From an uncultured Bacilli bacterium (GTDB lineage Bacteria > Bacillota_I > Bacilli_A > RF39 > UBA660), in the NCBI GenBank assembly GCA_944358305.1, contig CALVQK010000009.1, positions 393 to 64,392 on the forward strand: a DNA stretch of 64,000 bases. The letters run 5' to 3'. Position 1 is the first letter of the stretch; each line of letters starts with the position of its first letter. Positions 52,271-62,521 of the stretch are shown here, piece by piece. The translations under genes were made by a program, and so were the position numbers. The notes beneath the pieces are model-generated. The model was given only the letters and a program-made list of their open reading frames with translations, searched no databases and was not told the DNA's origin.

Positions 52271-54883
52271 CTAAACACAACCAAGTTTTCCTTTACTTTT
52301 AAGATATAATTTTCTAAAAAACTCTACTGGTATCACGGAAAAAGCACAACATAACATAATTTCTACCTCTTTTAAGCTTAAAGATGTTGTCCTAAACAAA
52401 TCTCCTCCAAAATAAATAAGAATAATCTGTACTACTACTATAAAGGCTATAACTATCATAAAGACTTTATTTGATAAAAGGTTTGCAAAAATATTAAGAC
52501 GACTTGTTCTTGCATTAAAACTGTTAAATATCATCATAAAGATAAATAACCCAAAGAAAGCACTCATAAAGTAAATATCATCTCTTCCCTCTCTAAAGAA
52601 GGAATGAATAAATGGACTTTTTAAAAAGAAAATACAAAGTAAAAAGGAATAAATACTAGTAAACACAATTTCATGAATCATATAACTATTAAGAATCTTC
52701 TCATCACGTTTCTTAGGTGGTTCTTCCATATATTCTAAAAGAGGTGCTTCATAAGAAAAAGCAATACCGGCAAGAGTATCCATAACCATATTAACCCAAA
52801 GCATTTGAATAACAGTAACAGGACTATCTACCCCAATAAAAGGGCCTACTATCGATAAAAAGACAGCACAAAAATTAACTGTTAATTGAAAAATAATAAA
52901 TTTACGAATACTTTTAAAGATTGTTCTTCCATAGAAAATCGCTTTTACAATAGAATTAAAATTATTATCAAGTAAAATTATATCACTGGCTTCCTTAGCA
53001 ACTTCAGTCCCACTTCCCATACTAAAACCAACATCGGCCTTTTTTAAAGCTGGGGCATCATTAACACCATCTCCTGTCATACCTACAACAAGACCTAACT
53101 CTTGACTTAATCTTACTAATCTACTCTTATCAGTAGGTAAAGCCCTAGCAACAACAGATAGATTTGGAATAATCTCTTTAATCTTTTCATCACTTAAATT
53201 ATTTAATTCACTACTAGTAAGAACAATATCTTTATCACTTTTTATAATACCAGCATCTTTTGCAATAGCAACTGCTGTTTTCTTATTATCTCCAGTTATC
53301 ATAACTGTCCTAATACCAGCTTTTCTAACTAATTCTATACCATCACTAACTTCTTCTCTTAACTCATCTTTAATAAATAAAAGGGAAATAAAACAAAGAC
53401 CACTTCCATCATTAGAACAAACCATCAAAACTCTAATACCTTTACTAGCATAATCATTAATAATATCAGTTATTTTATTTTTATTAATAAAACTTACTTT
53501 CTTACCATTAGGTGCTATATAATATTTACATTTATCTAATAACACTTCAGGAGCCCCTTTATAATAAGTTATTTCCTTACCTTCTTCTAACACTTTAGTA
53601 TAAGAATATTTATTTTTACTATCAAAAGGAACTTCTTTAATTTTTTTTAAAGAGTAATTTCCTTCTTCTAAATAATTAACAACTGCCCTATCAGTAGAAT
53701 TTCCTCCAATCCAAATATTTTTAACATCATCATAAACACAACTAGTATTAGAAAGAATTGCTTTTTTTAAAATATTATAATAATTAAAACTATTCTCAAG
53801 TCTATTCTTATCTTTATAATAATCTAAATTACCAAACATAACCCCTACTACTTCAAGTTCCCCTTTGGTAAGTGTCCCTGTCTTATCAGTAAATAATATA
53901 TTTAAACTTCCAGCTGTTTCTATTCCCATAAGTTTTCTAACTAACACATTATCTTTTAACATTCTTTTCATATTACTAGATAAAACCAAAGTAATCATCA
54001 TAGGTAAACCTTCAGGAACAGATACTACTATAATTGTAACAGCAAGAGTCAATGCTTGAAGAAAATATGCAAAAAGTAACGATGTATCAGAAATAGTAGC
54101 AATTATCCTTGTCATCTCAAAATTATTATCTATTACTAAAACTGAAAAAAGATAGGAAAAAGCGACAAGAAACGCTCCAACATAACCTATTCTACTAATA
54201 ACTTTAGCAAGATCTCTAAGTCTTAACTTTAAAGGACTTTCTGGTTGTTTTTCTTGCAACTCTAAAGATATTTTTCCATAAAAAGTATTAACCCCAACTT
54301 TTGTAACTATCATCTCTCCAACCCCATGATAAATTACACTACCTCTTAAAAGTTCATTATTAGTACTAGGATTAAGGCCAGAAACAAAAGCCTTTTTATA
54401 AACCTCTTTACTCTCCCCTGTAATAGATGATTCATCTACACTAACTTCTCCTTTAATTAAAACCCCATCAGCAACTATCCTATCACCTGAGTCTAACAAA
54501 ATAATATCAGAAACTACTACTTCATCAATAGGTATAAGTAAAACTCGTCCCTCACGTCTTACCTTTACTTTAATCGCTTCCGCTTCTTTCTGTAATTTTA
54601 AAAAAGCCTTTTCACTTCCATATTCAGAGATTGTTGAAATAAAAGATGCTAAAAATATCGCTATAACAATACCAACAGTCTCATACCAATCAAAATCTTG
54701 AATTAAAAATATTGTTTTAATACCAAGAGCAATTAAAAGTATTTTTATAATAGGATCTCCTAAACTTCTAATTAGTTGTTTAAAAAAGCTATCTTTCTTA
54801 AATTGTACCAAAGCATTACTACCATACATTTCTCTTGACTTAATTACTTCTTCTCCGCTTAAACCGTTACTATTTATTTTCAT
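52271..54883 (-). CDS. calcium-translocating P-type ATPase (PMCA/SERCA-like, P2-type)
   Basis: DKTGTLT phosphorylation motif, TGES-like actuator motif, TGDN, GDGVNDAPALKKADVG and 10 predicted TM helices. Confidence 0.9.
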   Translation of the reverse strand: MKINSNGLSGEEVIKSREMYGSNALVQFKKDSFFKQLIRSLGDPIIKILLIALGIKTIFLIQDFDWYETVGIVIAIFLASFISTISEYGSEKAFLKLQKEAEAIKVKVRREGRVLLIPIDEVVVSDIILLDSGDRIVADGVLIKGEVSVDESSITGESKEVYKKAFVSGLNPSTNNELLRGSVIYHGVGEMIVTKVGVNTFYGKISLELQEKQPESPLKLRLRDLAKVISRIGYVGAFLVAFSYLFSVLVIDNNFEMTRIIATISDTSLLFAYFLQALTLAVTIIVVSVPEGLPMMITLVLSSNMKRMLKDNVLVRKLMGIETAGSLNILFTDKTGTLTKGELEVVGVMFGNLDYYKDKNRLENSFNYYNILKKAILSNTSCVYDDVKNIWIGGNSTDRAVVNYLEEGNYSLKKIKEVPFDSKNKYSYTKVLEEGKEITYYKGAPEVLLDKCKYYIAPNGKKVSFINKNKITDIINDYASKGIRVLMVCSNDGSGLCFISLLFIKDELREEVSDGIELVRKAGIRTVMITGDNKKTAVAIAKDAGIIKSDKDIVLTSSELNNLSDEKIKEIIPNLSVVARALPTDKSRLVRLSQELGLVVGMTGDGVNDAPALKKADVGFSMGSGTEVAKEASDIILLDNNFNSIVKAIFYGRTIFKSIRKFIIFQLTVNFCAVFLSIVGPFIGVDSPVTVIQMLWVNMVMDTLAGIAFSYEAPLLEYMEEPPKKRDEKILNSYMIHEIVFTSIYSFLLCIFFLKSPFIHSFFREGRDDIYFMSAFFGLFIFMMIFNSFNARTSRLNIFANLLSNKVFMIVIAFIVVVQIILIYFGGDLFRTTSLSLKEVEIMLCCAFSVIPVEFFRKLYLKSKGKLGCV

Positions 54884-55038
54884 AGAAGACTCCTCCTAAG
54901 AAATAATATGAGAAAGTAGTTAAAGATAAAATAATTACAACAAGACAAAAAAATACATATAACTTAATATATGTATTTAATGATTAAACCTCCAAGAAGT
55001 AATCTAAATCTATACTGTATATACCTTTTTATATTATT

Positions 55039-55914
55039 TTACCATCTATTTCCACTTTCAACAAAACCAAAAGCACCATCTTTAAGATAAATTCTTGCAA
55101 CACCTCTATCAGATAATCTTACCATCTTCCTTTGACTAGCTAAATCATTTAGTAAAGGTGCTAACCTACTTTTAACAAAATAATAAGAAAACGTCTCAAA
55201 AGCAAGTAGATCTACATTACTATTTAAATCATACCAATTATTAAAATGCTCACTATAAATAAAAGAATAGAACTTAATAATCTTGTCATCATCTATTTTA
55301 AAAGGCACATGAACTGTATCAACGCAAGAAAATTTTATAAACATTTCTAAATGTTCAGAAGCAATAACTTCATTTTTAGGACATTCTAAAACTTCACAAA
55401 CATCAAAGTTATCTTGCAAATCATTAAAACAAAGTAAAGAAAGTACTTTATTTAAATTCTCTTTTAAATCAAACACATTAAAATCATTTTTGTTTATACT
55501 AGGAGTAACTAAAACAAGAGAATTATCACTTTTATAACCATATAAATCTGTTTTAATATCCGTTATATCACCATCTACATAAAGTCTACTAAAACATTCA
55601 CCAGTTTTTACATCTATATTTTTAAGATACATAGTATTCTCTTTAATATCAGTAGCATTTATATATTCTTTATCCTTAGTTATAGTAATTCCACTATATA
55701 GAGTCGCTTCTTTCTCTATAAGATCTCTTTTACTAAGTTTTCCAGTTACTACTAAAGTATCATTTTCTTTAATATAATTAGCAAATTTAGGGTCAGTCCC
55801 TAAATAATAAAGTGTAGAATAACACATGTTTATTTTCTTAGCAACATAACTATGTTCATTAAAAGCCATATAAGCTAATCTGTCATCACCATCAACCAAA
55901 CCTTTTATTATCAT
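55039..55914 (-). CDS. hypothetical protein
   Basis: 291-aa ORF with no recognisable motifs. Confidence 0.35.
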   Translation of the reverse strand: MIIKGLVDGDDRLAYMAFNEHSYVAKKINMCYSTLYYLGTDPKFANYIKENDTLVVTGKLSKRDLIEKEATLYSGITITKDKEYINATDIKENTMYLKNIDVKTGECFSRLYVDGDITDIKTDLYGYKSDNSLVLVTPSINKNDFNVFDLKENLNKVLSLLCFNDLQDNFDVCEVLECPKNEVIASEHLEMFIKFSCVDTVHVPFKIDDDKIIKFYSFIYSEHFNNWYDLNSNVDLLAFETFSYYFVKSRLAPLLNDLASQRKMVRLSDRGVARIYLKDGAFGFVESGNRW

Positions 55915-56006
55915 ACTACCTACTCCATTACTACCTTATTTATATAAACATTATATGTAAAAAATGAGAAAAAAGCAAATGAAAAAGCATAGTATTACCT
56001 ATACTT

Positions 56007-57911
56007 TTATTGAAGATCAATCTCAAACGGATCTGATTTAGTACCTGTACCAGAAATTATCACCACGTTAGATTTTAAATTCATAGAAGGTCGCACCCCG
56101 AACGCTCTGGTCTGATCGATGCCGTACGTGCCACCATTGTAGTAGACACCACACACGCGAGACGTACTATATGGGGTTAATGTCCAGTATGTTGTATTAT
56201 TACCATATCTATCAAATTGTCCTGACATTAATTCTCCCAAGCGAAGTAAACCTACCTTTGCTTCTGTAGTTGTTGAAGTTGTACTACTCATATTAATATC
56301 CGTATATTTTGCTAGTTTATATGATGTACCACTTCCCACAGTTCCTAAATACCATGTAGTACTCTCTTCTATCATATCCGTATATGCACTATCTACATAA
56401 CTTATCAGATATTCTCCATTTAAGAATGTTCCTATCGTTGTACTACTTGAAAATATTACATTACTTCCAAAAGTACTTGTTATGAATGTACCAGAATTTT
56501 TTAGTGGTGTTGCGCTTACGATTTTTGTCCCCGTTCCATTTTCTTGACTTACTATTCTATATAGATTGTTTTCGTCATTTCCAAATCTTATATATTCCCC
56601 ACTGTATCTACTTGACAACAATGTTCCTGAAAGATTAGTATCATTATCTCCATTTAAGCGATAAGGGTTATCTATTGTTCCATCGCCATCTACAATACGA
56701 ACGCTAGACTTTAAATTTATAGATGGGCGAACCCCGAGCGCGGTGGACGAATTGAGGGTATTTGGGGTACCATTGTCGACGACATAACGCAAGACAGACG
56801 AACTGGCTGGTGTTAATGTCCACCAATCAGAGCCATTATTTAAATAACCAAAGCTATCAGGTCTTCCCGTATAACTTGTCTGCTGATATTCATACATATT
56901 AAGTAATCCTACAGCATCTATTACTACTGTACCATCATCACTAGGCCTTTCCATCTCTCCTAAAAAAGTTGAATCCGTTGTTGCATTCCATTTAGCATCT
57001 GTTACAATAAAGTTCTCATAATCTCTTAAATTACCTAAAAAACCATCTACACTTGTATCATTTAACCAGTCTTCCATGTAACTTCCTTCAAAAACTGTAT
57101 TTCCACTTGCATTATATGGAATTGCACTTATATGCCATTGAGTTACTAACTTTGTTGTTCCTGCTTCATTATTTACTGATACTGCTCTCCATAGCTTTCC
57201 ACTATACCAAATATAGTTATTAGGGTCTTCTCCTGTTATAAAGGTATCTACCCCATCATCATAAGTACTTCCGCTAGTTAAATTCTCTATTACTGTCTCT
57301 CCTGCTGTTGGTGGTTTGTCTCCACTTTTACCATAAACATTTACTTGTATCGTAAATTGTAATCCTCCTCCATCTCCTTGAGGATTATATCCTTCATCTA
57401 CATACATTCTAAGTCTATAATTATTACTTTCACTACTTGTCATACTAGATGTATATAAACTCATCTCTCTTGAAGGACGCCCTGTGTATGTATTTTCTGT
57501 TGTCTCTTCATTATATGTCTCAGGACTCATTAACTGTTCTTCGCCCGTCTCTGTTAATCTTGTTAGATATAACTTTATATTAGATCCATCTATTGTCCCT
57601 TCCCCTACTTCTTTAGCACTTATTTCATAGTTGATATTTACATCACCTGTTATTTCACTACTTACTGTAAAATCAAAATATTCTCCTGGATTTAATCTTA
57701 CCATTCCTGTTTCATCTGCTGTTGGTAACGCTCCATTTAAACTTATTGTATTACTTTTTTCTTCATATGTCATTGTTATTGATCCTGTTGTTATAGTATT
57801 TGGTGTATTACCTGCTCTACTAAAACTAAACGCTGCAAAGCTTACTCCTATTATTGCCAGTAGCATTACAACTAATATAACTATTATTACTATATTTTCT
57901 TTCTTCTTCAT
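56007..57911 (-). CDS. secreted TasA/camelysin-like N-domain protein, paralogue 4, with two variable cassette modules
   Basis: Same domain order as the 43.5-47.3 kb paralogues (signal peptide; TasA-like ITTGSITMTYEE…; core DDGVDTFITGEDPNNYIWYSGKLWRAVSVN; two WTLTP…G[VA]RPS[IM]NLKS modules). Confidence 0.6.
   Translation of the reverse strand: MKKKENIVIIVILVVMLLAIIGVSFAAFSFSRAGNTPNTITTGSITMTYEEKSNTISLNGALPTADETGMVRLNPGEYFDFTVSSEITGDVNINYEISAKEVGEGTIDGSNIKLYLTRLTETGEEQLMSPETYNEETTENTYTGRPSREMSLYTSSMTSSESNNYRLRMYVDEGYNPQGDGGGLQFTIQVNVYGKSGDKPPTAGETVIENLTSGSTYDDGVDTFITGEDPNNYIWYSGKLWRAVSVNNEAGTTKLVTQWHISAIPYNASGNTVFEGSYMEDWLNDTSVDGFLGNLRDYENFIVTDAKWNATTDSTFLGEMERPSDDGTVVIDAVGLLNMYEYQQTSYTGRPDSFGYLNNGSDWWTLTPASSSVLRYVVDNGTPNTLNSSTALGVRPSINLKSSVRIVDGDGTIDNPYRLNGDNDTNLSGTLLSSRYSGEYIRFGNDENNLYRIVSQENGTGTKIVSATPLKNSGTFITSTFGSNVIFSSSTTIGTFLNGEYLISYVDSAYTDMIEESTTWYLGTVGSGTSYKLAKYTDINMSSTTSTTTEAKVGLLRLGELMSGQFDRYGNNTTYWTLTPYSTSRVCGVYYNGGTYGIDQTRAFGVRPSMNLKSNVVIISGTGTKSDPFEIDLQ
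56091..56168 (-). other. GC-rich hypervariable cassette E (C-terminal module of paralogue 4)
   Basis: Encodes SRVCGVYYNGGTYGIDQTRAFGV with CGC GTG TGT GGT GTC TAC TAC … GCG TTC GGG GTG CGA codons. Confidence 0.55.
56727..56808 (-). other. GC-rich hypervariable cassette F (internal module of paralogue 4)
   Basis: Encodes SSSVLRYVVDNGTPNTLNSSTALGV. GTC GTC GAC … ACC GCG CTC GGG GTT CGC codons. Confidence 0.55.
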
Positions 57912-58147
57912 AATTTACTCCCTTCATTATTTTGACATTAAAAAGAACAGAATATTATTATCCTGCTCTTATGTCATAATGAAAGAAAGTAATCTTATTA
58001 CTTAGATACTTACTAAAGTACCCCCTCCCAGGTAACTTCTTGTAAACTAATTCTCTTCATACTTTTTACCTTCTTTCTACTATCTTATTTACTTAATGAT
58101 AACAGAAAAAAAGAACTTAAACAAGTCCTTATTTTTGTTTAAATTCT

Positions 58148-58897
58148 TTATCTACTTCTAATTAAAGCAATATAGTTATTTACTTGACTTGCCCAAGTAG
58201 TACTAGCAGCATACTTAGGACCAATCGTCTCTGGTGTAGTTAAACCAACAGAATAGTAATTACGATATAAATTATCTAAATAACCCATTATACCTTCATC
58301 AAGTGTAGCATAAGCTTTATAAGCACCACCACCACAACTTGGTCCACCTTTTTGACCACCAACATTATTACATTCACGAACTAAACTACTACAAGTACCA
58401 TTACACCCAGTTTCATGAAGAATAATCGCTGTTGCCATATAAGGATCTATTCCTAACTGTAATGAATAACTAGCAATTAAATAACCTTTACCAGAAATAG
58501 TAGACTTTAATGAACGATTAAGTTTTTCAGCTAACTGATTCATTGTTAAACCATCATAAACAATAGGATCAACAGGAATAGTATTAACTTCTTCATAAGT
58601 TTTAACATCCTCAAGTTCATCTTCAATAACTACTTCCTCAACTTTTTCTATCTCTTCAGTATCAGTAGTAGTCGCATCTGCTACTTCAGCATTATTATCA
58701 TTAGATTCTTCTTCAGTAGTATTTTTATTATTAACTTCTTTATTACCTGAATAAGAATCATTCATTGTCACTTTTTCATAAGCTACAGCATTATCACTTT
58801 CAATTTGAAAAGCTTTATACTGTAATACCCCAGCTAAACCTATCATAAAAACACCAAGAGATGCTAAGGTAAGGCTCAGCTTACTAACTTTTTTCAT
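58148..58897 (-). CDS. secreted glucosaminidase-domain protein (mannosyl-glycoprotein endo-beta-N-acetylglucosaminidase-like)
   Basis: Start at the MKKVSKLSL ATG at 58897, which follows a GGAGG RBS. Signal peptide, an acidic low-complexity linker and a C-terminal glucosaminidase-like domain (…YMATAIILHETG…). Confidence 0.5.
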   Translation of the reverse strand: MKKVSKLSLTLASLGVFMIGLAGVLQYKAFQIESDNAVAYEKVTMNDSYSGNKEVNNKNTTEEESNDNNAEVADATTTDTEEIEKVEEVVIEDELEDVKTYEEVNTIPVDPIVYDGLTMNQLAEKLNRSLKSTISGKGYLIASYSLQLGIDPYMATAIILHETGCNGTCSSLVRECNNVGGQKGGPSCGGGAYKAYATLDEGIMGYLDNLYRNYYSVGLTTPETIGPKYAASTTWASQVNNYIALIRSR

Positions 58898-58986
58898 AGT
58901 TCCTCCTTCAAATAAGAACAATAAAATTGTACCAAAAATTCACTTTTTTGTCAAATTTGACACCCGAACCTATTATATTATATGAA

Positions 58987-61900
58987 TTATCTTGACTTTA
59001 TTAAAGACTTATTTCTATAAGAAATATACATCAAAATGCCACCTATTAATATTAAAATTCCACCAGTTAAATAAATATATGTAGCATTACTTCCTGTGTT
59101 TGGTACTTCTATAGGTTTAGAATTAAACATAACTGCACTTTGAATATCACCAGTTTCTAACACTTCAAAATCAACAACAGAAGTATTTAAAACATAACCA
59201 TCTGGGGAAATTGTTTCAATTAATGAATAATTTCCTACTGGAAGTTTTTCTATATAATGTGGTGTATCAGTAGAAGTCCACTCATCAACAACTTCTCCAT
59301 TACTATTTATTATTACTAAATGAGCACCTTCTACTTCTTCACTATTAGCAATATCAAGTTTACTTATCTTTACTTTTGTAAAATCATTAACATAATTTAT
59401 TATATCTACATTATTACTATTACTTACACTAAAATATATTGGATTATTATTAATAATTACCCCTTCTGGTACTCCCGTTTGTTTTAATACATAATCCCCT
59501 AAAGCTAATTCACTACTAGTATAGACATCTTCCGTAGTTGTAAACTCATCTATTACTTCTCCATTAGTTGTTTCTAATCTATAACTATAATCACTAATAC
59601 CATTAGTATCTACTGTTAAAACTCTATTATTAACACTTATTGTAGTTATATCATTACTTATATTAACAGTTTGTACTTCTCCAGACTCTAATACTCTAAA
59701 AGTTATAATAGATCCTGTTCCCACATATCCTGCAGGTGCTTCTAACTCAGTTAAACTATATATACCTGGAGTTAATCTTTTAACTACATAAGGACTATTA
59801 GTACTAACAAAAGTAATTGGCTCCATTATACCATCTTCTCGTGCTAATCTCATCGTCGCTCCACTTATATATTCCCCTGTTCTTGCATCTATTTTGCCTA
59901 AGTTTACTGTAATAGGCCTATTTCTTATAACAAGATCATAATTAGGATTATCATCACTAATAGTTACTTCATATCTAGTATTATCTACTATATAACCATT
60001 AGGAGCTTCTAATTCTCTTACATAATATGTACCTTCACTCAAATTACTAAGAGTATGAGCAGTTTCCGTAGTCCTAAATGTTTCTATTACTTCATTACCA
60101 TCACTAATTTCTAACAATGCTCCACTAACCGCTTCTCCTGTTTCACTATCTATTTTTCTTATCGTTAAACCACCTGTCGTATTAGAAATAGTATAAACAG
60201 AAGAAGAGCTATTAGATGAATTAAAGTTTATCTCTACTACCTCATCAGTTTTAATATAACCGGCTGGTGCTTCAACTTCTTCTAAATAATAAGTACCATA
60301 AGAAAGGCCTTCTATTACATAAGGAGCATTACTAGTAGTAAATGTTTCAACTTCTTCTCCATCACTATCTGTAAGTCTTAATCTTGCTCCAGAAACATAG
60401 GAACCACTACTAGCATCTACTTTGCCTAAGTTTAATTTTGTTTTTTCATTCTCTATAACTACTTGAATATTAGTAGTATTTTGATCTACTACAAAACTTT
60501 CTCTATTACTTAAAGGAACATAACCATCTGGAGCAACTAACTCTTCTACATAATAAGTACCAGGATCTAACCTATCAATAGTATAAGGACTATCAGTAGT
60601 TGTAAATGTATCAATAACTGAACCACTGCTATTAGTTATTCTAAGTCTTGCTCCACTTATTGCCTCTCTTGTATCTTTATCAACTTTACTAATAGTTATT
60701 TGATTATTAGAATTATAGAAAGTAACAGTCTTAGCTTCCGTTTCATTACCACTTATATTGAAGGTAACTTCACTATTACTTAAAGTATAACCATCTGGAG
60801 CTTCCACTTCTATTACTTTATAATCCCCTGGTTCTAAACCATTAACTCTATGAGCACTACTACCACTAGTCCATTCATCTATAACTTGATTATCAGATAC
60901 TCTTATTAACCTTAAAACTGCTCCACTAACAAAATTATTATTACTAGCATCTCTTTTCTCTATCAATACTTCATTTAACTCATCCCAAAAGTCAACAGTT
61001 ACCATAGTATGACTACTATCAACAGTAAATTCTTGTTCATTAGTGCTTAATAAATAACCAGGAGGAGCTTCTACTTCGACAACTCTATAAGTTCCTTCTG
61101 CTAGATTAGAAATACTAACATAATCATCTTCTGTTGTAACTGTATCAACTACTCTACCATCACTATCTAAAATATTTAAAACTGCTCCTGCTACTGGATC
61201 TCCTGTATCAATATCACATTTTCTTATAAGAACTTCAAAAGAAGAATTACTAAGAGTTCTACTAATATTTAAATTACTATCAGTAATAACAACACTAGTA
61301 GTAGCATTATCTATATAATAACCATCAGGTGCTTCTAATTCTCTTATTTCATATTCTCCAGGTAATAAATTAGAAATAATATGATCAGAAGTAGTAGAAG
61401 TAAATGTATCTACAACTTGATTAGTAACAACACTTCTAACTTCTATTCTTGCTCCTGCAAGAGCATTATTACTATCATCTACTTTTTTTATTGTTAAACT
61501 TCCTGTTGGCATAGTTACACTACTAGATACTGTCTTTTGTTTTGCAACTGGCATAAGTGCTGCTGCCACTGAACGTTGCATCTCTTCTGTTGGTGGTGTA
61601 TAACTATAAGCAGTATATTCTGTATAATTAACAACTACATTAATATTAACAGTTATAGGACTAGATATATTTGCAAGATTAACTCTTAATCTAAATCCTT
61701 CACTGCTATCTATTTCTCCTGTAACTACACTATTATTACTATCAACTACGGTGGCAGCACTATTATCAACACTAACTCTATAATTATCATAATCTACATT
61801 TGAATTAACAGTTATTGTATCTGTTATTAAATATCTATTATCACTACTTAAATGAAAATCACTACTATCAATACTAAAAGTTGGATTTATAGTAACTGGA

Positions 61901-62466
61901 TTATTTTTAGCATCTACTGCGCCTTCTATTAAAGGACCAATATAACGATAATAACTACTACTTTGTATAACTTCTTTTTGATGAGAAGTTAAATTACTAG
62001 TACCTGCTGTTAAATCTTGATACCACCATAATGCTATTTGCGTTAAATAATCATCATTGGCATCATTTCCTGTTAATGATTTACTAGGATAACCATTTTC
62101 TAATAAATAAATATAACCCGCATCTAACTCTTCATCACTTCTTGTAACAGTATAATTAGGGGCCCATTCTTTATGTTTATCAAGACAATAAACAGTATAT
62201 CTAGTACCACTACTAGATGTAGCATAATATGGTACTAAAGCTAATATTTCTTCATCACTAGTAAACTGTGGAAACAAATTAACTCTATCAGCATTAGTTC
62301 CCATACCTGTTGTCAAAGTATCAGGAAGCTCAGTTGGTAAAGCATAAGAAGTAACAACTGCTTTAGAAAAAAATATAACCATTACTGCCGATATTATAGT
62401 TGCTAAAGTAACCTTTAAAAGGTCATTATTACCTTTCTTAAATAGACTACCAATTTTTTTAACCAT
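58987..62466 (-). CDS. cell-wall-anchored surface adhesin with about 9 tandem Cna-B/SpaA-like (prealbumin-fold) repeats and a VPNTG sorting signal
   Basis: N-terminal signal/TM. About 90-aa repeats of the consensus …SGA.L.I..S.G.V.DTFTT…H….L.PG.Y…E.EAP.GY… The C-terminus is IEVPNTGS followed by a hydrophobic helix and a YRNKSLIKSR basic tail, a sortase-type cell-wall sorting signal with a VPNTG variant of LPXTG. Confidence 0.7.
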   Translation of the reverse strand: MVKKIGSLFKKGNNDLLKVTLATIISAVMVIFFSKAVVTSYALPTELPDTLTTGMGTNADRVNLFPQFTSDEEILALVPYYATSSSGTRYTVYCLDKHKEWAPNYTVTRSDEELDAGYIYLLENGYPSKSLTGNDANDDYLTQIALWWYQDLTAGTSNLTSHQKEVIQSSSYYRYIGPLIEGAVDAKNNPVTINPTFSIDSSDFHLSSDNRYLITDTITVNSNVDYDNYRVSVDNSAATVVDSNNSVVTGEIDSSEGFRLRVNLANISSPITVNINVVVNYTEYTAYSYTPPTEEMQRSVAAALMPVAKQKTVSSSVTMPTGSLTIKKVDDSNNALAGARIEVRSVVTNQVVDTFTSTTSDHIISNLLPGEYEIRELEAPDGYYIDNATTSVVITDSNLNISRTLSNSSFEVLIRKCDIDTGDPVAGAVLNILDSDGRVVDTVTTEDDYVSISNLAEGTYRVVEVEAPPGYLLSTNEQEFTVDSSHTMVTVDFWDELNEVLIEKRDASNNNFVSGAVLRLIRVSDNQVIDEWTSGSSAHRVNGLEPGDYKVIEVEAPDGYTLSNSEVTFNISGNETEAKTVTFYNSNNQITISKVDKDTREAISGARLRITNSSGSVIDTFTTTDSPYTIDRLDPGTYYVEELVAPDGYVPLSNRESFVVDQNTTNIQVVIENEKTKLNLGKVDASSGSYVSGARLRLTDSDGEEVETFTTSNAPYVIEGLSYGTYYLEEVEAPAGYIKTDEVVEINFNSSNSSSSVYTISNTTGGLTIRKIDSETGEAVSGALLEISDGNEVIETFRTTETAHTLSNLSEGTYYVRELEAPNGYIVDNTRYEVTISDDNPNYDLVIRNRPITVNLGKIDARTGEYISGATMRLAREDGIMEPITFVSTNSPYVVKRLTPGIYSLTELEAPAGYVGTGSIITFRVLESGEVQTVNISNDITTISVNNRVLTVDTNGISDYSYRLETTNGEVIDEFTTTEDVYTSSELALGDYVLKQTGVPEGVIINNNPIYFSVSNSNNVDIINYVNDFTKVKISKLDIANSEEVEGAHLVIINSNGEVVDEWTSTDTPHYIEKLPVGNYSLIETISPDGYVLNTSVVDFEVLETGDIQSAVMFNSKPIEVPNTGSNATYIYLTGGILILIGGILMYISYRNKSLIKSR

Positions 62467-62521
62467 TACTAATCACCTATCTTAAATTAAATTATAACAC
62501 AAAAAAAATAGTAATAAAATA

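Noticed and set aside
43528-57911. Reverse transcriptase / template repeat for the putative DGR
   Set aside because: I looked for an RT-like ORF (YxDD) and for an A-rich near-copy of the cassettes in all intergenic regions of the window, especially 49124..49256, 54884..55038 and 57912..58147. None was found. The DGR interpretation therefore rests on the cassette features alone.
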